Positions 20,057 through 30,255 are shown, numbered from the stretch's first letter. The stretch is 64,000 nt of DNA from an uncultured virus (IMG/VR IMGVR_UViG_3300036800_000502) (IMGVR_UViG_3300036800_000502); one strand, 5' to 3'. Program-made: numbers and translations. Notes: generated by a model not told the origin, from the letters alone.

Positions 20057-20496
20057 TATTGGCCTATTTCACCAGGTGGGTGTGACAATTTGATGTCAAC
20101 CGGGGTATAGGGGAACCCGGCTGAAGGGGCCGATCGGGGGTCATTGGTGAGCTGGTCGCAAAGGGCGATGCGCCGCCAGCCGGAGGACCTCCGATCGACC
20201 AGCCAGCCGACGGTTAGCCGGTAGTCGGGGGTGGTCCCCGGAACCCCAAGACGGCGGCGGAGGGTCTCCATGGCCACCCGGGTCCGGCGGCGACCCCAGC
20301 CCGGTTGAGTCCGGAGGATCTCGGCGAGGTGGATGGCTCGAAGAGGGGCTCCCTCCTCGGTGGTTGCGTGGGAAACCAGTTCGGCGACGCCCAGCACCCC
20401 CGCCTCCATCGCCAGCAGCCATTCGGCCCGGACCCGACGAGATGCGGCCAGCGCCGAGTTGAGCTCGGGGATAGGTGTGGGTGTGATCGGGCTCAT
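20056..20496 (-). CDS. Actinobacterial integration host factor (mIHF/sIHF)-like H2TH protein
   Basis: AASRRVRAEW...LRAIHLAEILRTQPGWGRRRTRVAM resembles the mIHF pattern; ATG overlaps the upstream stop. Confidence 0.6.
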   Translation of the reverse strand: MSPITPTPIPELNSALAASRRVRAEWLLAMEAGVLGVAELVSHATTEEGAPLRAIHLAEILRTQPGWGRRRTRVAMETLRRRLGVPGTTPDYRLTVGWLVDRRSSGWRRIALCDQLTNDPRSAPSAGFPYTPVDIKLSHPPGEIGQ

Positions 20497-21518
20497 GGCT
20501 GTGAATGGTCGTGGAGAGCCTCGGCGTGACGCGGGTCGGAGAGGGAACATGGGGTCGGCGGGGTACCCTGGGACAGGAGCATGGCGGTGGCCGCCCGGCG
20601 GGAGGAAAGGTGGTCGGACGGGAACGCTTCCCGGTATCCCTTGACCAACTCTTCGAGGTCCTGCGGGGAGTGCTGCCGGGCGAATTCTCTGACCTTCCGG
20701 CCGATGTGGGGGTCGCCGACACTCCGCCTGATGGCGGTCTCGGCGGCGGGGCGGAGGGTCGACATCACGTATTTCTGGGGGTCGACCCGGGCGAAGGTGG
20801 TCGGTAGGAGGCACCGCTCCAGCATCCGGATGACGGCCCCGTCTTTGTCGTCGCCCAGGAGGAGGGAGGTGATGATGGATTCCTTGTCGCCCTCGTCGAG
20901 GACTGGGCTTATCCGGCCCCCGTTGATTTCGGCGGAGACCGCGGTGTGTGCCCGTTCCAGTACCCAGCGGAGGTGGGACTCCATGGCAGAGATCAGCTCC
21001 CACATGGCTGCCTTGCCGTCGGCCTCGAGCTCGGCTAGCCGGCGGTTGAGCTGAGGGCGGTTCAGAACGTGGAACGACAGCGAGGGGGGCACCAGTTCGT
21101 CCCCCTCGGTGGCCTGGGCCCGACTACCGGGCTCGGCGAGGCTGCGGTCGGAGACGAGAGTCGTCTCTCCGGACTCCGAATAGCCGGAGCCGATAAGGGT
21201 CCAGCCCACTACCCGCTGGTCGCCGGGCTTGAGGAGAACCGCCAGCTCGGATGACCATATGACCCTTATCGGCAGGAGAAGGCTCCCGCCATGAGCCGAT
21301 CGGGACTTCCGGCCCATCTCTACCCTGGGTTCGGCCCACATCCAGGCAGGCAGGGTGGCCAGGGAGTGGGAGGTCTTGGGTTTTCCACCGGCGAGGACCT
21401 CGGTGGCGGCCCGGCCGAGAAGGACCCGCTCGAGCCTGCTGCACATGGTGTCGTTCCACGGGTGCCGGTCGCCGTCCTCGGTTTTCTGTCGTGGAGCCAG
21501 GTCGGCTTCGGCGATCAT
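20493..21518 (-). CDS. Hypothetical helical protein, possible sigma-like regulator
   Basis: 341-aa ORF with motif B 8 nt before ATG; operonic with the mIHF-like and sigma-like genes. Confidence 0.7.
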   Translation of the reverse strand: MIAEADLAPRQKTEDGDRHPWNDTMCSRLERVLLGRAATEVLAGGKPKTSHSLATLPAWMWAEPRVEMGRKSRSAHGGSLLLPIRVIWSSELAVLLKPGDQRVVGWTLIGSGYSESGETTLVSDRSLAEPGSRAQATEGDELVPPSLSFHVLNRPQLNRRLAELEADGKAAMWELISAMESHLRWVLERAHTAVSAEINGGRISPVLDEGDKESIITSLLLGDDKDGAVIRMLERCLLPTTFARVDPQKYVMSTLRPAAETAIRRSVGDPHIGRKVREFARQHSPQDLEELVKGYREAFPSDHLSSRRAATAMLLSQGTPPTPCSLSDPRHAEALHDHSQP

Positions 21519-21579
21519 GCTTGCCTCTGTGCGGTGGGTGGGCTGGCCGGGTTCTTATCGACCAACCCAGGCTGGACGT

Positions 21580-22035
21580 TTAGGGGCTCGGCCACCGGGT
21601 GGCGAGGAGGCAGGCTGCTACCACCAGTGGGGTGGAGGCGAGATCGAAGAGGGCCACCAGAGCCACCACCAGGATGATGGTGGCTCGTCGGGCACCGGCT
21701 AAGAACACCCCGGTAGCGATGGCGGCTTCAACAAATGCAAGCGCCAACAACACCCCGGATCCACCTATCAACACCACCAGATGGGGGAACAGGTGTTGGA
21801 CCGCCACCCGGGTGGCTACCCCGCCGAGCCCGGCAAGAATCCCCACCGAGATGGCGGAACGAAGTCGACCCGACCCCACCGGATCTAGCGAGACGACTGA
21901 GGTGACCGGGGAACTGGTGGTGGCCCTGTGGCCTCTCTTGGGACGGACCCGTTCCCGCCCGGCAATGAACTCATGGGGAGCGATGGGGAACACGAGGTCG
22001 ATGGTGGCGTTTGGATCGAACTCGTCGGGGGTCAT
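21580..22035 (-). CDS. Membrane protein
   Basis: Three hydrophobic segments; ATGA overlap with upstream gene. Confidence 0.65.
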   Translation of the reverse strand: MTPDEFDPNATIDLVFPIAPHEFIAGRERVRPKRGHRATTSSPVTSVVSLDPVGSGRLRSAISVGILAGLGGVATRVAVQHLFPHLVVLIGGSGVLLALAFVEAAIATGVFLAGARRATIILVVALVALFDLASTPLVVAACLLATRWPSP

Positions 22036-23516
22036 GCTGGACTTGCTCCTGATCCGTGGAAGCCGGCGTTGCCGAAGGCGAAGATCCCGCCGTCGGAGGC
22101 GACCATCCAGTAGCCGGCCCCGCTCGGTGTCGGAGCCATTCCCACGATCGGGGAGTTGAGGTGGAGCGCCCCGGTCGAGCCGTAGAAGGGTGCTCCGAAG
22201 CTGAAGATGCCACCGTCGGAGGCGACCAGCCGGTAGCCGGAGCCACTCGAGCTTGAGGACATACCCACCACCGGACGGTTGAGGGCCATTGAACCAGTGG
22301 ACCCAAAGAATCCGGCGTCGCCGAAGGCGAAGATCCCGCCGTCGGAAGCGACCAGCCAGTAGCCATTGCCGGTCGGGGTGGTCGCCATCCCCACCACCGG
22401 GCGGTTGAGGGAGAACGCTCCGGTCGACCCATGGAAGCCGGCGTCGCCGAAGGCGAAGATCCCGCCGTCGGAAGCGACCAGCCAGTAGCCGCGCCCGTCG
22501 TGGGTCCGGGCGATGCCGACGATGGGCTTGTTGAGACGCAGTGCGCCGGTGGATCCATAAAACCCAGCGTCGCCGAAGGCGAAGATCCCGCCGTCGGAAG
22601 CGACCAGCCAGTAGCCGCGCCCGTCGGGCGTCGAGGCCATCCCAACGATCGGGGCGGCTAGCGGAGCGGCGGGGACCAAGGGGCTGTAGGTGCCGGCGTC
22701 GCCGAGGGGCAACACCCCACCAATATCGGTGGCGATCCAGTAACCCCCTCCATCAGGAGTCGAGGCCATCGCCATGGCGTGGGCGGGCCAGATCTTGGAT
22801 GGCGTTGGGGGTGGCCCCATTTCTGGCGAGGCGGGGCAGCCGGCCGGGACGGGGTAGGCCGGAGCGTTGTTGGCGGACGCAGTGGCGTCGATCGTCTGGC
22901 CAGACATGGTGGTGGCAGTGGCAGTCATCCAGTGGACCGGGGCGCAAGCCGGCGGTGATCCGGGCTGGACTTCGACCTCGAACTCGGCCCGGGCATCTTG
23001 GGCCGGCAAACTATCTGGCCAGGACTCGGACAGTGACACGGATGTTCCTTGGGTCGCATCGGACAGGACGACCGACCACTGATTCGAGCCCGTCCGAGCG
23101 AGGGATGCGGAGACGAGATCGCCAGCGTTCGGGGTCGGGAGAGGGGCTCCAATGGCTCCAGGCTCCGTCGGCCAGTTCTCGGTCCAAAACTGGGGCGTCG
23201 TCGCCCCGATCAGACCGGTTCCGGCCTGGACCAGATTGGAGGTGTAGGTGTTGTTCTGGATCCCCGGCCACACCGACACATGGGCCCCCGGCGGGAAGGC
23301 TGGCTCGATCCAGCTGGCCGAGACGGCGCTGAACCCGGTGGGGCTGGAGACCGACGTCAAACTCCATCCGGTTATGTGGCTGGTGGCGGCCTGAGCAGTT
23401 GTCGGAGCAAGAGCTCCTCCGGCAATGAGCCCGGGGACGGAAAGCAACGCTCCGGCAAGAAGGCTGGTGGCTGCCCGATGCCGAACGGACTCGCGGACCC
23501 GGCGGGCGGGTGTCAT
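22032..23516 (-). CDS. Secreted protein: peptidase G1/A4 (glutamic peptidase)-like domain plus GYWLVASDGGIFAFG repeats
   Basis: Signal peptide; VSASW..P, WPGI, LVQAGT, AEFEVE; about six 41-aa repeats common in Acidimicrobiia surface proteins. Confidence 0.75.
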   Translation of the reverse strand: MTPARRVRESVRHRAATSLLAGALLSVPGLIAGGALAPTTAQAATSHITGWSLTSVSSPTGFSAVSASWIEPAFPPGAHVSVWPGIQNNTYTSNLVQAGTGLIGATTPQFWTENWPTEPGAIGAPLPTPNAGDLVSASLARTGSNQWSVVLSDATQGTSVSLSESWPDSLPAQDARAEFEVEVQPGSPPACAPVHWMTATATTMSGQTIDATASANNAPAYPVPAGCPASPEMGPPPTPSKIWPAHAMAMASTPDGGGYWIATDIGGVLPLGDAGTYSPLVPAAPLAAPIVGMASTPDGRGYWLVASDGGIFAFGDAGFYGSTGALRLNKPIVGIARTHDGRGYWLVASDGGIFAFGDAGFHGSTGAFSLNRPVVGMATTPTGNGYWLVASDGGIFAFGDAGFFGSTGSMALNRPVVGMSSSSSGSGYRLVASDGGIFSFGAPFYGSTGALHLNSPIVGMAPTPSGAGYWMVASDGGIFAFGNAGFHGSGASPA

Positions 23517-25225
23517 CGGGACGCCTTGGGGGTTTTTGGTCGCCGGCTGAAGATCCCCGACTTCTTGGGCGCCTGGCTAATCGAGGGGATCGTCGGCGTG
23601 TAGGCGAATCCCGGCAGCCCGGTGACTTGGCCCAGCACGTTGTCGAGCAGGGCAGTGAGTTGGGGTGCTTCCGGCGCTCCGGGAGCACCGGGGATCCTCC
23701 CGGTCTCGAAGGTGTTGGCCACCGCCGGGTCGTTCGGGACCGATCCCATCCAGGACCCGTACTGGGCAATGACCTTCTGCATCTGCTCGGAGTTGAGCCC
23801 GGACTCGGGGGATGCCCGGTTGAGGGCGCACAGCATCCGGGTGTTGGGTACGCCGTTGTCGGCGAAGTGGTTGAGCCGGTGGATCAGGTTGTCGACCCCG
23901 GGCATTGACGAGTCGGAGATGGCGAGTCCCCAAGCTCCGTTGCGGAGCAGCGGGATCACGATTTCGTCGATCAACCCCGAGGTGTCGGATGCCTCCACGA
24001 TCTGGGTGTCGACGATGACGAGATCGGAAACTGACCGAGCGAGGTCGATCGCAGCTCCGTAGATCTCGGAGGTGACAACGGTCGGATCCGCCTGGGTGTC
24101 AGACGGGGCGAGGATGACGCCGATGTTGAGCCCGGGGAGGCTCGGGTCGCGCTTGGTGTTGATGACGGTCGGAGTGACGATGGCCCGACGGATGTCGCCA
24201 GAGATGGCGGCGTCGTAGATGGAGGGCAGTCCGGATCTGGCCACCCGGAGGTACTTCCGCAGGTCTCCCTGCCCCCGGTTCATGTCGACGACGACCACCC
24301 GGCCGAGTCCGCCGACCTGCACGGCCCGTTGCCCGAGGGCGATGGCCATGGTCGACTTCCCCACCCCGCCTTTGCCGGCGAAGGTGACGATGATGGGTGA
24401 TGGCGGCCGGACTACCGTCCGGGCGACCGAGGCCTCCTCCGGTGGCCACCGTCGGTCGACGATCGGTGGGGTGATGTCGGTGGGTGGTGTCGGTGGCGGT
24501 GGAGTGTTCTCCATGGGGGACCCGCTGTCTGTTTGGTGATCGTCACCTCGGCTCGAAGAGCTGAAGTCCTCGGTGGTGCGGTAGATGGAAGTTGGCGCGG
24601 CCGGCTTGTTGTCGGCATCATCGGTATCGGCAACAAACGTCGGAACCGGGAGAGGGGTGGGGGCGGGCAAGGCCTCCTCGAGAAACTCGTCCTGATTCGA
24701 TTCGCTCTCGGTGACCACAGCCAGATCGGGGTCGGCTGGACCGAATGCTGGTGTGGCGAACGGGTCGACCAGCGGCTCGGGAGCCAGCGACACCTCGTCG
24801 GCCGCAGCCGGCTCGAGCTCAGAAGACGGAAGCGTGACCGACCCGTCGGCCTCGATGATGGCGTTCCCGATGTCGCCGCCTCTGGCCGGGGCCCCGAAGG
24901 TGGCCATAACCTCGTCGACGGTAGCCGGCAGTTCGCAGGTCCGGGTGCCCGGGACCGGCGCCCCGAAGACCAGCTGGTCGGATTCGAGGACCAGGACTGG
25001 CCGGCCGCTGGCCACCTGGACGCTGACCCAGGCCCGCAATGACGGATCCGAACCGGCGATGATGGCGATGTAGGTGCCGCCTTCGGCCGATGTGGCCCGT
25101 ACCGCAGTGGCGACCGTCACCGCATCGGTAGCCCCGTCGGCCAACACGGAGTACCCAGCGGCTCGAAGCGCGACCGGTACGTGGGGGAGTCCGATGACGG
25201 CGATGGATGGAGAATTGGGTGCCAT
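23513..25225 (-). CDS. ParA/MinD/CpaE-like ATPase with long acidic N-terminal region
   Basis: Deviant Walker A GKGGVGKST, VVVDMN, VIVDT; start 25225 after motif B (track 25279). Confidence 0.8.
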   Translation of the reverse strand: MAPNSPSIAVIGLPHVPVALRAAGYSVLADGATDAVTVATAVRATSAEGGTYIAIIAGSDPSLRAWVSVQVASGRPVLVLESDQLVFGAPVPGTRTCELPATVDEVMATFGAPARGGDIGNAIIEADGSVTLPSSELEPAAADEVSLAPEPLVDPFATPAFGPADPDLAVVTESESNQDEFLEEALPAPTPLPVPTFVADTDDADNKPAAPTSIYRTTEDFSSSSRGDDHQTDSGSPMENTPPPPTPPTDITPPIVDRRWPPEEASVARTVVRPPSPIIVTFAGKGGVGKSTMAIALGQRAVQVGGLGRVVVVDMNRGQGDLRKYLRVARSGLPSIYDAAISGDIRRAIVTPTVINTKRDPSLPGLNIGVILAPSDTQADPTVVTSEIYGAAIDLARSVSDLVIVDTQIVEASDTSGLIDEIVIPLLRNGAWGLAISDSSMPGVDNLIHRLNHFADNGVPNTRMLCALNRASPESGLNSEQMQKVIAQYGSWMGSVPNDPAVANTFETGRIPGAPGAPEAPQLTALLDNVLGQVTGLPGFAYTPTIPSISQAPKKSGIFSRRPKTPKASR

Positions 25226-25318
25226 GAACCGCTCTATGCGGCGCTCGCCGGGGCGGGTGTGTTTTTGGCTGCCAGCCATCCAGGGACAGCCGCATTGGAT
25301 GAGGGCGGCAAGGGGTGA

Positions 25319-26125
25319 TTACCCCGAGTCAGTGCCGGTGAGTCCAGGCCACTCTGGTGGTGGGTCAGGGAGGAGGGCTAAAGGGTGGCTCTTGACTCGT
25401 TCTTGCCGGATCGCCCTGTCGATTTCGGACTCGTCGACCGGGTTGCCGGCCACCACATCGTTGGCCCGCCAGGCCCAGGCGATGAATGACTCGACCATCC
25501 AGGGGTCGTTGTTCGGAAACCCGTAGCTCCGGCGCCGGTGGGCCACCCACCGGATGGCCGAGACGGCAATCTGGTGGAACTCACCGGCGGATGCGTTCTC
25601 GGCGGCGGCAGCGGCGACTTCCCGGCAGGTCTTCCACCCGTACATGGACGCCACCACCAGCGCGGCGGCCGCGGGGAGGAGCCCCTCGGACAAGGCGGTG
25701 AGTTCTGGGTCGGTCTCCGGGGGCCCGAAGATGCTGTCGATCACGTCGAGGGAATCCCGCCAGGAGCCCCAGGGTCTCCCGTCCTTACCGACCGCCCCGT
25801 CGGTGGTTGGTGCTTTCGGGCCGACGGTTGTCTGGCCGATCCGAGCTGAAGCCCCCCGCCAATCGTCGTCGGAGGGGAGCGTCCCACCAAGATCGGAGAG
25901 CAGCCCAGCGAAAAAGACTCTGACCCAGGCCGGATCAGCCCGGCCAAGCTCCACCATGGCCTGCTCATCGGCCACCCGCCGGTCGATACTCAGCAATGGG
26001 TCGACCAGGCCGGCGCCCCATTGGATGGCTATGGCCGACGGGGTGTTCTCGAGCTCAGGCATGGGGTCCCTCCACGCTGTCGATGGAGATGTTCCTGCGA
26101 CATGGGCCATGGTAACCCTATCCAA
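25319..26125 (-). CDS. Hypothetical protein
   Basis: 268-aa ORF; start uncertain. Confidence 0.7.
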   Translation of the reverse strand: MDRVTMAHVAGTSPSTAWRDPMPELENTPSAIAIQWGAGLVDPLLSIDRRVADEQAMVELGRADPAWVRVFFAGLLSDLGGTLPSDDDWRGASARIGQTTVGPKAPTTDGAVGKDGRPWGSWRDSLDVIDSIFGPPETDPELTALSEGLLPAAAALVVASMYGWKTCREVAAAAAENASAGEFHQIAVSAIRWVAHRRRSYGFPNNDPWMVESFIAWAWRANDVVAGNPVDESEIDRAIRQERVKSHPLALLPDPPPEWPGLTGTDSG

Positions 26126-26199
26126 CCGGATTTGGGAGGGGCGGTGGCGGATGGTGGTGAAGAACAGCGGTCATGCCTGACACCATGCGGCGATGGCGA

Positions 26200-26535
26200 G
26201 CCAACCGGACGCAATTCTCCACCTGAACTGGGGCTTTGGATGACTTCCAACCTCGCCAACCCGGGCCAACCTCACCGAGGTTGGAACAAGAAAACGCATC
26301 TGAGCTGGGTTTATGGTGAGAAAAGGAGCTCAACCAACCCCGTATATATATTAAAGACACTAATTACTCTTTATATATATATATAAGAGGGTAATTGAAG
26401 ATATACATATGCCCCCTCTTATAGGCACATTGTTTTGCGACCCCCAAATAGGTTGGTTCGGCTTAAAAGGGCTTCCCGACTGGACTTATCGACGGAATTC
26501 CCAGGTTGGTTCACCCCGCAGACCAACCTGAATCG
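26200..26535. other. Candidate replication origin (AT-rich core flanked by CCAACC repeats)
   Basis: Most AT-rich stretch in the window (26343-26435, TA run); CCAACC/GGTTGG copies on both sides; lies at the strand switch, just upstream of the primase-helicase. Confidence 0.6.
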
Positions 26536-26591
26536 GGTCGATGCCCGGAAAAACCCACCCCCGGCTCCGATCGGCGCTGCATAGAGGGGCC

Positions 26592-29500
26592 ATGAACACC
26601 GCCCCGGCCGCCTACGGCCCTGCCGTCACCGACTCGGGGGCGGAAAAGCTCTCCACCAGTCAGGTGGCCCCCGTGGTGGCAGCCGGGCGGGGGTACGAGA
26701 CCATCCTTGGCACCGAGGCCGACCCCGACTCCGCCGCAAATCTCTGCAAGAAGCTGGCGGTCGACCTCCGGTCCAAAGGCGGCATCCAGATCAAGCGGAT
26801 CCTCGCCACCTCGCCAGACACCTTGCTCATGCCCTGGTACAAGTCCGAGGATGTGAGCTACGCCCGCCAGCACGGACGCGACCCCAGCGTGGCTTCCCGC
26901 CAGCTCCGGCCCAACCCCTCCCACCTCCAGCTCGACGAGGACGGCCGGGCCAACAAGTACGTCCTGTTGGCCAACAATCGCAATGTGCTGGGCGTCCACC
27001 CCTCGACGCCGCACTCCTGGCTGACCGACCCCGGCTCGTTTTTCATCACCGAAGGGATGTTGAAAGGCGACTCAGCCCTGTCGGCACTGCTGGCCCATCT
27101 CGGAGTCACCGACACCGAGCTCGACAGCTCGGATCCGACGCTCCTAACCCAGATCATGGAGAGGGTCACCCCCGAGGACCGGGTGCTGATCGTCTCGGTC
27201 GTCGGGGTGAGCTCGTGGCACCAGAATCCTGAGTGGGACTCCTTCAACTTCCGGGACAAGGAAGTCTGGGTGGCCTTCGACGGTGACATCGGCGCCAACA
27301 TCCAGGTCTGGAACCAGGCCCGGAAAATGGAGCAGAAGATCTCCTCGAAGTACGGCACCTCGAGGTTCTTAGTCATCCCCGACCCGACCGGCGACAAGCT
27401 CGGGGTCGACGACTTCTTTGCCGCCGGCAACTCCTGGGCCGATCTCGCCGGCTACCTCGACCCGGTACTGCCCGACAAGCCGGTGGGGGATGACCATGAG
27501 CCGGGGGAGTGGTCGATCGACGACCACACCCGCCAGACCTTGGAGTGGGTAGCCAACCCGGCGTCGCCGGGCGTCCACTCCAAGCCGGTCTACGAGTTCG
27601 CTGGCCGGGTGGTCTCGACGCTGACCAAGCGTTCGGCGACCGAGGAGGAGATGGGGACGGGGGTCCTGGACGAGGAACAGTGGGACCTGAACCCCGCCAC
27701 TGTCCAGATCGAAGTGACATGGATCGACGCCGACTACACCGATCAGAAGGGGTCCATCGTCGGGAGCTCCGACATGCTCTGCGAGCCGCCAGATCGGTGG
27801 ACGAAATCGAAGGGAAGCCTGGTCTCTCCCAACATCTCCTTGATCCCCGCCTGGCCGCCCAAACCCAAGTGGGCGGAGGCGATCAAGGACCACCGGCGCG
27901 AGGACATCGAGCAACGCGCCGTGTGGGACCACATGGGATGGGTCCCGACCAAGACCGGAAAGCCGGTGTTCATCGTCGGCAAACAGGTCATCGGTTCCGA
28001 CGGTGAGTTCCCCGCCAAAATTGTCGGGCCCAACGGGAAGCTCACCACCAATCCCGACCGCCCCGCCGACCCTGGGGTAGACGAGAACACCATCCACGGG
28101 GCGGAGAAGTTCGGAGTCCACGTCCCCGAGAGCCCGGATGAGGTCCTCGACGCCCTCGAAGCGATGCTCAATGCCTACGAGGCCACTTGGACCGACCCCC
28201 GGGTGGCAGCGTTGGTGATCGCCACCGCCATGCGGCCAGTAGTCCCGATCCCGTCCCGGAGCCCGATCTTCATTTCCGGCGGCCAGGGCACCGGGAAGAG
28301 CTGGACGGCGACCGCGATCATGGGGTTCTGGCAGGCCTACCCCGGGGCCTGGAAGATCGACGACCTCCCCGGCGGGTCGGCCGACACCATGTACGCCACC
28401 GAGAACGCCGTCAGCCGTGTCCCGATCTGGGTTAGCGATGACCTGGCCCCGTCGGCATCGCGCCAACAGGCTGAAGCTGCCGAGGCGAAGCTGTCCGACA
28501 TCATCCGGCTGGTCTTCAATGGGTCGGCCAAGGCCCGGATGTTCGCCGACGGCACTGCTCGAAAGGCTCTCTCACCCCGAGCACTCTTCATCGCCACCGC
28601 CGAGAACCCGCTATCAGTGAACTCGGTGATGTCCCGGGTCGTCCACCTCCGGACCACCAAGAACTACCTGGGCAACATCGACGCCGTGGACACGCTGTTG
28701 ACCATGACGAACACCCTCTCCACTATCACCGCTTTCGCCATTCTTGATGCAGCCGAAATGGTGGAGACGAATGGCTGGAAGTCTGAGTGCGATCGCTGGA
28801 AGGCGTTGACCGAACACGCCAAGGGCGAAGCTAAAAAAGTCTTCTCCACCGACGACCACGCCAAGCGCCACACGAAGATTGCCGCCGACATTGCGCTCGG
28901 ATTGTTCACCCTGATTTCGTCGGTAGAGGGCCTTCGCACCGACTTCCCGGAGCGGGCCGCTGCCATCCTTGCCCGGTTAGCTCCGATGGAGAAGGGCATC
29001 TACTCGTTGGTCGCCGAGTCCTACCAGGACCAACTCCAGAAGTCCCCGGGCCAAAACCTCCTCCGGGCCCTCCAAACGCTGCTGAAGTCAGGACAGGCCC
29101 ATCTCTCCACCCCCGGGGAAGGTGGGGTGCCGATCCTCGACACCGACGACCTGGACGGAGCGTCGCCCAAGGTGGCCAACCAAGCCCTCGGGTGGCAACT
29201 GCCGACCGACGCCCACTCTGACCCTCGGCCCAGCGGCACCGCCATTGGCCACGTCGTCCGGCCCCGGGGTGGGGGAGAACCCCACGCTCTCTTCGACCCC
29301 GAAGCCGCCTTCGACCTAGCCAAGAAGAACAACCCGACGCTGATCCCACCGGGGATGGGCCCATCATCATCCTGGTCCTCGATGTGGGACGAGGGTCTAG
29401 CCAAGGGCACCTGGGCCCGGAAAGGCGGAGGTCAGGGCGGGCACCTGAAGCCGACGGTGTTAGTCACTGTCCTCGGCACCAACCTGATCGGAGTCCCAGT

Positions 29501-29627
29501 GCCACTGTCGGTACTGCTGGGCCAGGCGGGAGAGGAGTCCGGCGGCAACGACACAGACACTTCCGCCGGCGACGGCGATGACGGGTGGGACGACGAGGAC
29601 ATCGAGGACATCGAGGCAACGGGATGA
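26592..29627 (+). CDS. Primase-helicase fusion (DUF3854-like TOPRIM plus P-loop helicase)
   Basis: FITEGMLKGDS, VAFDGD, LGVDDFF; Walker A GGQGTGKS, WVSDD; start ATG 26592 after a motif B variant. Confidence 0.8.
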   Translation: MNTAPAAYGPAVTDSGAEKLSTSQVAPVVAAGRGYETILGTEADPDSAANLCKKLAVDLRSKGGIQIKRILATSPDTLLMPWYKSEDVSYARQHGRDPSVASRQLRPNPSHLQLDEDGRANKYVLLANNRNVLGVHPSTPHSWLTDPGSFFITEGMLKGDSALSALLAHLGVTDTELDSSDPTLLTQIMERVTPEDRVLIVSVVGVSSWHQNPEWDSFNFRDKEVWVAFDGDIGANIQVWNQARKMEQKISSKYGTSRFLVIPDPTGDKLGVDDFFAAGNSWADLAGYLDPVLPDKPVGDDHEPGEWSIDDHTRQTLEWVANPASPGVHSKPVYEFAGRVVSTLTKRSATEEEMGTGVLDEEQWDLNPATVQIEVTWIDADYTDQKGSIVGSSDMLCEPPDRWTKSKGSLVSPNISLIPAWPPKPKWAEAIKDHRREDIEQRAVWDHMGWVPTKTGKPVFIVGKQVIGSDGEFPAKIVGPNGKLTTNPDRPADPGVDENTIHGAEKFGVHVPESPDEVLDALEAMLNAYEATWTDPRVAALVIATAMRPVVPIPSRSPIFISGGQGTGKSWTATAIMGFWQAYPGAWKIDDLPGGSADTMYATENAVSRVPIWVSDDLAPSASRQQAEAAEAKLSDIIRLVFNGSAKARMFADGTARKALSPRALFIATAENPLSVNSVMSRVVHLRTTKNYLGNIDAVDTLLTMTNTLSTITAFAILDAAEMVETNGWKSECDRWKALTEHAKGEAKKVFSTDDHAKRHTKIAADIALGLFTLISSVEGLRTDFPERAAAILARLAPMEKGIYSLVAESYQDQLQKSPGQNLLRALQTLLKSGQAHLSTPGEGGVPILDTDDLDGASPKVANQALGWQLPTDAHSDPRPSGTAIGHVVRPRGGGEPHALFDPEAAFDLAKKNNPTLIPPGMGPSSSWSSMWDEGLAKGTWARKGGGQGGHLKPTVLVTVLGTNLIGVPVPLSVLLGQAGEESGGNDTDTSAGDGDDGWDDEDIEDIEATG

Positions 29628-29887
29628 CCGTCGACACCGGAAGACTCCGCCACTCTGCCCAGAAGTTTCCCGTCGACCCTTTCGGACTACCGAAGATGAA
29701 AATCTACCGAAACGATGTCATCGCTCTGGTCGACGAGCTCGATGCCGCCCGGCTGGTTGTGGCGGCCGTCGGGGATCTCGTTGCTCTTGTCGGAACTGAG
29801 GGGCGGCTAGCGGCCGCAACCAAAGAGTGGGGTCGGCTTATCGCCGCCCTCAATACCTTTGAGGAAGTAGCGAAGGAGGGGACGTGA
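29624..29887 (+). CDS. Small hypothetical protein
   Basis: Overlap-coupled to both neighbours. Confidence 0.6.
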   Translation: MTVDTGRLRHSAQKFPVDPFGLPKMKIYRNDVIALVDELDAARLVVAAVGDLVALVGTEGRLAAATKEWGRLIAALNTFEEVAKEGT

Positions 29888-30255
29888 CCGAGCCGATCAG
29901 CGACGAGCACCTGGCTCGAGTTCAGCGGGGAATTGGCGCTGCCCGAGATCGCGCAGAGCGCAGAGGGACACAAGGGGAGATGAGACTCACTCCCGCAACG
30001 GTCGACGCCATGGTGGCCCGCATTTCCGAACAGACCGAGGAGTACGACGCAGTGCGTGTTCGCGTGCATGAGCTAACAGGGGGGCTGGCCAAGTCCGGCC
30101 TTCGCATCGCCGAACTGACCGATGCGCTGAGAGAGGCATCCACCGCCCTGCACTCAGTCATCGAGCTCCGACCAGACTCACCGCTCGGAGAGGACCCAGC
30201 GGTCGACATCTGCGTGGACACCCTCGCGACTATCGACAAGGTGCTTGGACCATGA
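29884..30255 (+). CDS. Hypothetical protein (paralog of next gene)
   Basis: Shares MTEPISD start and C-terminal ~46 aa with 30252-30539. Confidence 0.75.
   Translation: MTEPISDEHLARVQRGIGAARDRAERRGTQGEMRLTPATVDAMVARISEQTEEYDAVRVRVHELTGGLAKSGLRIAELTDALREASTALHSVIELRPDSPLGEDPAVDICVDTLATIDKVLGP

Noticed and set aside
22050..22760. 123-bp tandem repeats
   Set aside because: Explained by the 41-aa surface-protein repeats.
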